17,975 nucleotides of DNA from contig JBHGNT010000673.1 of NCBI GenBank assembly GCA_043228905.1, forward strand, positions 1 through 17,975. Direction: 5' to 3'. Origin of the DNA: Azolla caroliniana. Taxonomy: Eukaryota > Plantae > Polypodiophyta. The position numbers were made by a program, and so were the translations under genes. The notes below the pieces were generated by a model. That model was not told where the DNA came from. It did no database searches and saw only the letters and a program-made list of their open reading frames with translations. Each line of letters starts with the position of its first letter. Positions within the stretch are counted from its first letter, which is position 1. Positions 8,420 to 17,975 of this stretch are shown in pieces.

Positions 8420-11400
8420 ATGTCTTCAAAGAGAATCGAGCGCGAGGACTCCAGGTAGGCCTCTGACACTGTGGACATTTTTGTAAATATGTTTTGTCGC
8501 TCAAGAACTCGATACGCCGTATCGAGTTCATATTTTTTTTTTGCTTTTTAAACAGGAACTCGATAGGGCGTATCGAGTTCCTGTTTAAAACCTACACTTT
8601 AAACACGAACTCGATACGACGTGTCGAGTTCATGTTTAAAACCTAAACTTTAAACGAGAACTCGATACGCCGTATCGAGTTCCTATTTAAAAAGCAAAGA
8701 AATCACAGGAACTCGATACGGCGTATCGAGTTCCCGTTTAAAGTTTAGGTTTTAAACAGGACCTCAATACGGCATATCGAGTTCATGTTTAAAACCTAAA
8801 CTTTAAACGGGAACTCGATACGCCGTATCGAGTTCCTGTTTAAAAAGCAAAGAAATCACAAGAACTTGATACGCCGTATCGAGTTCCTGTATAAAAGAAG
8901 GCTCTAGAAGAGAAAAATTGTGTTTTTGGGGCAACAATTAATTATTGTGTGGAAAAGATATCAAATTGTCTGTCAAAATCAGTCTTTTTTATGTTGACTT
9001 CCCTTACTTTTAAAAAAAATCATGCCCTAATTATAGGTGTTTTATGACCTACTATAGCTTAAAATAGTAGAAAATAACCCACAAATTACCTTTATGATAG
9101 CAAATTCTCCTCAATATAGGTTTGGAATCTATATAAGTTATACCTACTCTTTAAAAGAATATATAACCTTGTTTACTTATTACGATATATATTTTCTAGT
9201 TTGAATAGCCCTGCCTAGAATAGAGTTTTGAATATAGGACTACCATGTACTCTGAATGCATGATTGATATTTTCACTTCACCACTAATCGCCTGCTAGTG
9301 AGAACTATTCTTCATCTTCATATTTATATTTTAATATACAACCTTAATCTACGTGACCACCTAACTTATGTTTTTGCATATACTTTCTTAAATAGGTCGT
9401 TTGAGAACTTGTCGGATCGACCCGTGAAGAAAATAAAGCTTCGCATACAGGGTTCTCCAATCGAAGCCCAGACCAAGGTAGCTCCTGAGACCATGAAGAG
9501 AGGAAAAAAGCTTCTCTTCAACGAGGAGACAAAATCTCAGCCACACATTGACGTTAGCCAAAAGAAACTTATCGCCGCTACTGGAGGTGAAGACCTTCCT
9601 GACCGTGATCTAACAGACAAGGAATGGTGTATGCAATATGTCGACTCAAAGAAAAAAGTCGTATTGTATACAACAAAGAAGAAGGGGGAGGGGCAGCTTG
9701 GAAAGGAAACCCCATTTATGTATGGCCGTATTCTACGATTTGACTATGAAGATGCAAATTCGGCCAACATACTGGTAATGATAGAGTGCTCCAAGGGGGT
9801 ACGTAAAGTGTTCCTTTTAGAAGACCTTTTAGTAAAGGAATCTTGTGGGCCAGAAGCGTTCAAAAAAGATCTTGAAAGCTCACAAAACCTTATTGTTACC
9901 TTGAGGCCTTATATACAAGGCCATGTAACTCTAAGAGATGAAGTGCCCTCCCCATTGAAGCCACAAAAAGGGTATCCAAAGTTCAGTCAAGACCACCAAA
10001 GAAGAAGACAACCAAAATGTCGGACACCCATTCAACAAGTGAAAACGAAGAGGAGGACAATAAGGGGACGCCAGGAGCTAAGCTGGCATCGGGTGTTTTG
10101 TCATCCGAGCAGAATAAGATAAGGAGAGAGTTAATGCAACGTAAACTGGTCAGGAAAGGGCAAGTGTTTAATTTGCCTATAACACACATCCATCGGCCCC
10201 CTATTGATGAAAAAACAGGTCGACAACCACTTGAGATTAGAGAGCCACACCGCATGCATGTTCAAAATCTCAAGAAAAAAATGAAAATTAATCCTCATGC
10301 CACTGTGGTGCCTTTTATTGTTATGGTAGATCCTGAAGAATATGAAACCATTGAAGATTTTGATATTAGAAAGCATGATCAATATAATTACTTTGTCATT
10401 GGTGGATCGCATTCAGCAGAGGCACGTCGGAAACTTGTGAGAGAACATCCAACGACTTTCTTCTTCAAGTATGCGGAGTGCAAAATTTATGTTGGGCTCA
10501 CAACCGAAGAGGCTAAGCTGTTGGCATGGGACCATAATAATGATAATGACTATAGGCAGAAAATGTTGTCCATTGAGCGTATACAGTTCTTCCACCACGA
10601 GTATTTAGACGTGAAACAAAAGTTTGGTGTGAAGTTACATCCAGGCCTACGACGTCAATGTTTGCATGAAGTCGGCATTGTTGTAGATGATAATGTTAAG
10701 TCTGATGGTCTTCAAAAATATGAGTCTTGGTTTCAATTGGCGTTTAGAGATGGAGAAGTATGGAACCTACAAGATCAAATCTTCTCAATGTGGGAGAATA
10801 AGGAGGTAAAGGGTCAACGACAAAAGAAATGTAAGGTTGACCCTCAACTAGAGTTAAAGTCACAAGCCGCCAAGAAAATTGACTTGACAATTGAAGAAGC
10901 GGTAGATGACATGAAGTTGTCTCTGTGGAGAGCGACGCAAGGTATTAAGGACGAGCAGATTCTTGTGTCTGTTTTGTCAAGGGTTGTGGCGAAAGATTTA
11001 AGCCTTGAAGAAATGGTCACTGAGTTCAATAAGTAAGTCTTTCAAATACTGAAATTGTAGTCTATCTGGTGTAATTCAAAGTTCTAATCTTGATTTCTAA
11101 TTTTACAGTCATAAGGTGTACATGAAGATCCAAGAAGTTATGATGAAACAACTTGGATGTATAACTTGGGAACAAGTGACCGAGGATTATCCTCTAACGT
11201 CTTCATATAAGGCATTATGAGAGTATTTTATTGCATTCAAGGATTGGGTTAGTATTGATGGTTTTTCATTACCCTTTCATCATATGTAGAGCTTGTATAA
11301 TAATACCTGATGTCCTATTGCTTCTATTAGAAACCGTGTCGAGGCAAGAAACAAGGAGAAGTTAAGGATATACACGATTTCCCTACATCCTTCCTTGCAC

Positions 11401-11643
11401 ATCTCGAGCGAGCCAGAAAAGAAAAGGATCGTCGCTTAGTCAAGGTGTATGAAATGAAGGAAGATGGCTCCTTTAAAAAATTTAGCCACAAAAAAGATAT
11501 TACGAGAGATCTTTACTACAATGTGGTTTGCGGTGATGTCGTCGACTTGATCCAAAAGGTGCCAAAGAAGGAATATACGCTAATGATTGCGGATATTCCT
11601 TACGGATTTCGAATGGCTAGGTCATCATACGACGATGAACCGT
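8420..11643 (+). pseudogene. ParB-like domain / amino-DNA-methyltransferase fusion gene; 4 exons (8420-8454, 9396-11032, 11109-11247, 11331-11643), truncated by gypsy
   Basis: Three GT-AG introns whose phases (2, 2, 0) all restore the frame. ParB/Srx-like IREP...VQNLKKKM...VPFIVMV...YFVIGGSHSAEARRKL. MTase N-terminus VVCGDVVDLIQKVPKKEYTLMIADIPYG (DPPY-like motif IV). Lesions: probable 1-C loss at 9950-9953 and TGA at 11218. Confidence 0.75.
8505..8886. repeat. Array of eight 25-bp palindromes at an exact 51-bp period (intron 1)
   Basis: GAACTCGATACG-N-CGTATCGAGTTC at 8505, 8556, 8607, 8658, 8709, 8760, 8811 and 8862, with 26-bp spacers of two types in both orientations. Confidence 0.97.
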
Positions 11644-12265
11644 TGTCGTGAAGAAAATCGGCCATAGGCGGATTCGGAGAGAAAGGCACGTGAACCGGCT
11701 CTTACACGGATGGACGCGTAACTTGATATTTTGTACCCGATTCATAAACGGATCGGTGGGTGAAATACGAGGCGGCACACATTTATCAGGGGATTGTGCG
11801 TATCTCTGTCAGAAGGAGGGGAGGACAGGGAATAAAAAGGGACTTGACAAGAGAAGAAAAGGGCATCGCACGCGAGGAGGAAGAGGGAGGTTGCTGCAGA
11901 ACGGAAGGAGGGAGCTCTCTCTCTTGGACGGGGAATCGTCGCTCTCTACGGGTGTTGGGAGGTCGTTGCCTCTGCTTCATGGACAGCCCGTGTGCTTCCA
12001 GTAGAGTCGCTCCCCTTCCCCTTTTGTTTCTTGGAGTCGGTGACTATCGTCGGTGTGCGTGGGTAGGGTCCTCGTGTCGGGCCCGTCGCCGCTTTGTCGA
12101 TTGTAACTGTCGGAGTTTGTAATCTCTGTCATTATAATTAAGTGTTGCGTTCTATTTCTCACCTCCTCGCTTCTACGTGTCGGTGAATCTTTCTCTCTCG
12201 CTCCTCGGTCCAAGACCCCCGTGGTCCCGCCCCTTTTCTACACGTACGCGCGTAACAACGCAACA
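11644..12265 (+). repeat. Gypsy 5' LTR (about 622 bp)
   Basis: Starts TGTCGT where the MTase frame breaks and ends CAACA 4 nt before the PBS, the same geometry as element 1001-4518; second LTR not visible. Confidence 0.8.
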
Positions 12266-12269
12266 TCTT

Positions 12270-12286
12270 TGGTGAACCCGACGTGA
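12270..12286 (+). other. Primer binding site, tRNA-Trp
   Basis: TGGTGAACCCGACGTGA, identical to 1733-1749. Confidence 0.88.
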
Positions 12287-12310
12287 ACAGGGCGGCAAAG
12301 GAGTCGAAAG

Positions 12311-14439
12311 ATGAGAGGATCAGAGCTAGCAGAGGCAATGGCAGTGGCCGTCGACCGGCTCGTGAGCGCTGGTGAGGGAACGGGTACCCTCGACAGAGCC
12401 ATTGAATCGATCGTCGGCTCTATAGGCCGTTTTGGAGGGAAAGACACCACAAGTTATTTGGAGGCTTACCGGGCCGAAATGATCATGAGGGATATCCCGG
12501 TGGACAGGCGGTTGTCCGGATTCCCTTGGGTGGTGACGCCGGGCATCCATGCGGAGGTGCTCGAGGTGTTGGCCGGATGCCAGACTTGAGAGGAGTTCGA
12601 GTTGCAGCTCCTCGAGAAGTACGGGTTTGACGACTCGCTCCGGTTGTCGAGGCGGGACTTCATGGCGTGGGGGGAAAGCCCCGGAAAAGGGAGGAACACG
12701 TCGGTGCTCCTCCAGGAGTTCGAAAAACGGTTCGCGCGGCTGTCGATGCTGGACTGGACAGTGCTCGAAACGAATCGAGTGCTGCTATTTGTCAAGTCGG
12801 TGGATGCGCTCGATAGGGAAAAGGTGGGTCCCCTACTGGAAACGGACGAAGGGCTCACGACGGATTGGGCCGTGGTAAAACAGGTCAGCAGCCGTTTCGA
12901 CAAACGGCGCGATTGGAGCGACGGAAGCGTGTTGGGGTCAGGGCCGGTCCTGGGGAGGAGGCTCGAGGAGCCGGTTTCGGTGCCGGATGGGAGGAAGGAA
13001 GAGACCCGAATCTGGCCGGAGTTGGGGTTGGCATCAAACGACGTGGTCAGAGGCCCGTCCGGAGGAGCGGCTCTGGAGGAACTAACACAGATGGCGCGAG
13101 ACCTGCAGATCGCAAAGGCCCGAAGAGACAGCGGTGAACAACCTCGCGACCGGAGGCCGCCGGCTGGGCAGCGGTGCATGTGATGTGACGCGATCGGTCA
13201 CATTCGGAAGGACTGCGCGGACTTCGCCGACGCGCTCAGGACCAACGTGGTGTACCTCTGGAATGGGTGCACGCGAGCGAGACCCGGAGAGCCCTGGAAC
13301 TAAATACGGGGCGTGGCGACATGAAGAGGTTGATGGAAGTGGCCGTGGCACGGCACGTCGAAGCCGTTAACTACTCAGTCTTGGCGGGAATTCAGGTCGG
13401 GGGTGATGAGACCCGGAAGGCGAAGGACTCCGGATTCTGGCCGCTAATGCTAGAAGGCCTCTCTAGAGTTCGGCTGAGAAGGGAAGAGGCGGACCCCGCG
13501 GAACAGCGGGTCCAGGAAGTCACCGGTTGGGACGATCCGGTGGAAGAGAAAACGGGCTTCGTAGAAGCCACTTGCCAGAACTATGAGGTTCTAGTGGAGG
13601 AAAAACGGGCAGGAAAGGCCGGAGGAGTCGGGGCCCCGAGGTATGAGACCCGGTTCGGGCCGAAACCGACCGGTGCCTGCAACCCAGGCATGCCTGATAG
13701 GAAGAAGCAGGCGGGGTTTCGGTTGAGCACCGAAATCGAGAGAGCAACGGACCTATGGAAGGTCCTTGAAGAGCGAATCCTCGACAGTAAAGTGGAGCTG
13801 TCGTTGCGGGAGGTGTTGGGGATCGCCAAGAGGGAGTTCCACGACTCTATCGTAGACTTGGTGAAGCGTAAGAGGCTCTCGACGGAGCCGGAACCGGAGA
13901 AGCCGGTGGAGGTGCGGACCACGCACCTGGAAGACGAAGCCCTGGAAGACGAGCTGGCGGGAAGCCACTACACGAAGCCGCATTGGGCCAAGGCAACAAC
14001 GGAAACCCCTGTACGGATCGGCAACGTTCTGGAACTGGTGGTGGCGTTGGTAGACCATGGATCCGAAATCAACCTGATGTCCATGGATTTCTACAAGAAG
14101 GGTAAATGGCCGATCAACACCAAGCATGGCTGGAAGATACGGGCAACGACGCGCACCACGGAAGAACTACATGGGGCCTGTCCGAACGTACGGGTGAAAA
14201 TCGGCGATGTCGAGATCGACCAACACTTCTTCATACAGGAGACGTCCTCGCATCCGGTTATACTAGGAGAGCCATATATCACGGCGGCATGGTTGGAGAC
14301 CAAGGTGCTGGACAACGGTTCAGCCTATGCAAGAGTCAAAAGCCAGGACGGGCACCACTCGGTCCAGTTCCTAACGGTGAGACCAAACCACGAGCGTAAC
14401 CGCGAGACCCTTGGCAGCGAAGCCCGAGGGGATTTTTAG
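12311..14439 (+). pseudogene. gag: Gypsy gag-protease ORF, disrupted
   Basis: In-frame TGA at 12587 and 13181; zinc knuckle CM*CDAIGHIRKDC; frameshift near 13265; aspartic protease ALVDHGSEINLM and VILGEPY. Confidence 0.88.
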
Positions 14440-17400
14440 AGAGGGCTATCAAGGCGTGGGGCCGCGATAGTCCGAACTCCCGGGAACCACCCCACAAATG
14501 TACAATATGGAAGAAGACTTATACCATGGGTAGGAAGTTTTGGTTCTCTGACAACGGAGGTTGTACTATAACCAGCGTCAGCGGCCGGGAGAGGAAGCGA
14601 GCGGAGGAGCGGCTCAAGGGATGCAGAGTCCTCTTCCCCGACGAAGACATCAGTGGCGCCGTGGAGGCGGTCTCTTTTGACGACACCTTGGGCGAACTAC
14701 AAAAGGTGATCGATGAAGACCTTAGAGAAGATTGGACCGTTCCGGTAGGATCGATGGGAATGTACGAAGTCATCGCAGACTTCGGGGAAATGATCGGGTC
14801 GGATCGGACGGCCCGCGTGGATACGAAATACAAGATGGTGGACCGGAAGGTGAGGCCAGTCGTGGCACCCTTGCCGGAGGGCAGCGAGGAGCGGATGAAA
14901 GGGGTCGCGTCGGACCCAAGTTTACGGAATCCGGCTGGCATAGGGCACCGGTTCACCGACATAACGCTACGAGAGCTCAAGGTTGGTGGGGGCGGCTTCC
15001 TACTGCCGGCGGAGGAGGACCGGTTTCGGAGAATGCTCGGAAGGCAGGGGAAGGCTTTCGCATTCTCACCGGAGGAGATCGGGTGCGTAGACTTGACAGT
15101 TGTCGAACCGATGGTGATCTTCACGGTACCGCATGTACCGTGGAATCTCAAGCCGATTCCGGTGCTAAGAGCTCACATCCCGAAGTTGATGGAGCTCCTA
15201 AAGGAAAAGGTGGAGATGGGCATCCTCGAACCGTCGAGTGCCCCGTATTTAAATCGGTGGTTTACGGTGCCGAAGAAGAACGGCACGTTGCGCTTCATCC
15301 AGGACCTACAACCGGTCAACAAGGTGACCATCCGTAATGCAGGGATCGGACCGACCATAGACGAGTTCGCAGAGGCCTTCGCTGGAAGGTCGATCTATTC
15401 TGTCAGTGATCTGTACTCGGGGTACGATCAGTTCCAACTAGCCCTGGAGAGCAGAGACATTACGACGATGCGGACTCCTCTCGGCCTAGTGCGGATGTGT
15501 ACCCTGCCACAAGGAGGGACGAACTCAGTGGCTCACATGGTGAACGCGATGAACAAAGTGCTCAGGGATTGTATCCCGGACATCACCATGCCGTTCTTAG
15601 ATGACATCCCGATCAAGGGATGCCCGATGGAGAAAAGGGACGAGGCAATCGGGCCGGACGGATGTCGGAATTTCGTGGCGTCCCACATCGATGACTGCGA
15701 GAAGGTGCTGCAGAGACTAGAGCGCGCGAGGCTCACCTTCTCCGGGGAAAAGTCGGCCTTTGGACAGTCAGAGATCTTGGTGGTCGGACACCTGTGCGGG
15801 CCTTACGGTAGGAAACCGTCTCCGGCAAAAGTAGAGGCCATCTCCGCGATGAGGAATGTTTGCGGGTCGGTCACGGAGGTCCGCAGATTCTTGGGGGCAT
15901 GCGCGTTCTACCACATCTGGATCCCGCACTACGCACATGTCGCGGAACCCCTCTACGAACTATTTAAAAAGGCGCATAGCTTTGAGTGGAGGACGGAGCA
16001 CACGGAGTCGGTTCGGAGACTAAAAGAGGCGCTTACGGCAGCGCCGGCTCTCCGCAGAGCGGTTTACGGCAAGGATTTTCCCATCTGCGTAACAGTGGAC
16101 ACCAGCCCGACCAGGATCGGGTGGGTAATCAGTCAGGAGGACAAGGGCGGTGTACGATTCCCGATCCGGTTCGGGGCGAAGGTATTGACCGAGCGGCACC
16201 GAGGGTACGCCCAAGTTAAGCGCGAACTTTGGGGTGTTGTTTCGGCAGTCAAGGCTGACAAGGATTATCTGATCGGGACGGAGGTGATTATCGAGACGAA
16301 GTGCCTGCCGATACTCGGCATGGTTTCCGGATGCGCGACGCCGGACCTAGCAATGCTTCGGTGGATAGCGTACGTTAAGTCCCTGAACCCGGAGATACGG
16401 CACATCTCCGGAAAGGACAACGCCATGGCCGACATGCTTTCGAGGGCAAGGTTCAACGACGAAGACGGCATGGTTTCGGAGGACGAAGAAGTCGGCGAGG
16501 ACTTCTTCGGGTCTGCTAACGTAACGACAAGAAGGAAAGGGAACACTCCGACGCTTAATGAATTTGACGAAAGCGGGTACGACGGCGAGTGGCTCCAAAT
16601 CGGGAGGTTCTTACGGACGATGACGCCGGACGCAACATGGGCGAGAGAGGAGGCGAGCCGGATACGGAGGAAGGCATACCGATTCTTCCTGCGGGACGGG
16701 TGCATATGGAAACACCCAAAGAAGAGAAGCGACATCCCGCTCCGAGTAGTAGCGAAGAAAGAAGAACAGGGGAAACTATTGGCGGCATTCCACGAGAGCC
16801 CATGGGCCGGACACCGCAGAACGTGGGCCACGTTCGAGAAGCTTAAGGAGAAGTACTGGTGGCCAGGGCTATACCAGGACGTGCACCAGTTCGTAACGAC
16901 CTGCGAAAGCTGTCAGGTGCACTCCGTAGTCCGACGCCGGGACGAGCTACACCCGACCTACCCGCCTACGGTCCATTTCAAGTGGATGGTGGACTTGGTG
17001 ACGATGTCGATGGGGGTAGGACAGATGCGATACCTGGTGCTTGCACGGGAGGACTTAACAAACCAGGTGGAAGGCCGTGCATTGCAAAGCAAGACAACCA
17101 CGGCGGTATGCCAGTTCCTGATCGAAGAAGTAGTGTGTCGGTACGGGTGCGTCGGGAGGATCGTGGCGGACTGGGGAGAGCTGGATGCGTGGGAAGCTGA
17201 GGAGCTATTCGACCGGCTAAGCGTCAAACTCTCCCTCACTACGGCATACAATCCGGAGGCGAACAAAAAGGTAGAACGTGGGCATGGGCCTATCGTAAAA
17301 GCGTTGGTGTGTGCATGCGGAGGGCATGTCGGGAATTGGTCGCGGCTCCTTCCTTACGCGCTATGGGCGGACCGGACTACACACAGTTCGGTAACAAAGT

Positions 17401-17927
17401 TTATGCCGGCAGAGCTGATGTACGGACAGAAGCCGATCATGCCGGTGGAACGGACGGTTTCTTCATGGGCGACAGTGGATTGGAAGGACAAAATGAGCCG
17501 GGAGGAGTTGCTGGCGGTGCGGATCCGACAACTCGAGCGGAGGCCGGAGGACGTGATACAGGTGAAGGAAAAGTTGCGAGCGGCAAGGGAGCGGAATAAG
17601 ACACGGTTCAACCGGACACACCGGTAGCAACCAAAGAAGATCGAGGAAGGCGACTAGGTCTTGGTATACGACAGCAGCCTCGACAATCAGCACAAGGCGG
17701 TGCGAAAGTTTGCCAGGAGGTGGTTCGGGCCCTACATGGTAAAGAGCGCAAACGACAACGGCACGTACCACCTCGCGGCACTCGACGGGACACGGTTAGC
17801 GGTGCCGATGGCCGGGAAGCGGATCAAAGCGTTCAAAAAGCGGTTCGAAGACGAGCCGGAGCCTGCGAGCGGGAGTGACAGCGACGATCAGTTCGGGCCC
17901 GGCGGAGAATCGGAGAGCAACGAGTGA
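14430..17927 (+). pseudogene. pol: Gypsy pol: RT, RNase H, integrase
   Basis: LRFIQDLQPVN, DLYSGYDQF, LPQG, FLDD; TVDTS, KRELWG, NAMADMLSR; HESPWAGH...CESC, WMVDL, ADWGE, VERGH, WFGPY. Open 14430-17627, then two TAG stops before the tail ending at 17927. Confidence 0.93.
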
Positions 17928-17975
17928 GGCCGGTTTTCTTCGGTATCTACCTGTCTCTGGCGCATGCCGGTGGAT

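Larger units (their letters stand above)
11644..17975 (+). mobile_element. Ty3/gypsy LTR retrotransposon, non-chromovirus type; 3' LTR lies outside the window
   Basis: LTR, PBS, gag with CCHC, then PR, RT, RNase H and IN in gypsy order; no chromodomain after GPY. Confidence 0.95.

Noticed and set aside
8505-8886. CRISPR array
   Set aside because: Spacers are not unique (two types reused and inverted), there are no cas genes, and the context is a eukaryotic intron.
9298-9395. N-terminal part of the 274-aa ORF
   Set aside because: AT-rich intron end with branch point and acceptor; the coding exon most likely starts at 9396.
11648-17793. Numerous short overlapping or antisense ORFs in the gypsy element
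   Set aside because: Expected shadow ORFs of GC-rich LTR and coding sequence; no motifs.

Overview
Eukaryotic, TE-only window, most consistent with a non-seed plant such as a moss (inference from the element types, PBS-Trp and GT-AG introns). It resolves into four nested elements. (1) The oldest layer is a decayed DNA transposon: a Sola-like DDD transposase on the - strand (7547 to 5090, continuing in frame at 110 to 1) and a divergent, intron-containing + strand gene (8420-11643) encoding a ParB-like domain fused to an amino-DNA-methyltransferase (DIPY motif). Intron 1 of that gene holds eight 25-bp palindromes at an exact 51-bp period, separated by two spacer types that are shuffled and inverted. 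(2) An internally deleted Ty1/copia element (116-5089, - strand, TSD TCTTC) sits inside the transposase. (3) A young non-autonomous gag-only LTR element (1001-4518, TSD GCGT, PBS-Trp, tRNA-like cassette in each LTR) sits inside the copia RNase H. (4) A Ty3/gypsy element (from 11644 to beyond the window end, same PBS-Trp, likely -1 frameshift between protease and RT) truncates the methyltransferase. The best candidate for an undescribed system is the transposase + ParB-MTase + palindrome-array module. Family assignments come from motif recognition only; no database searches were run.
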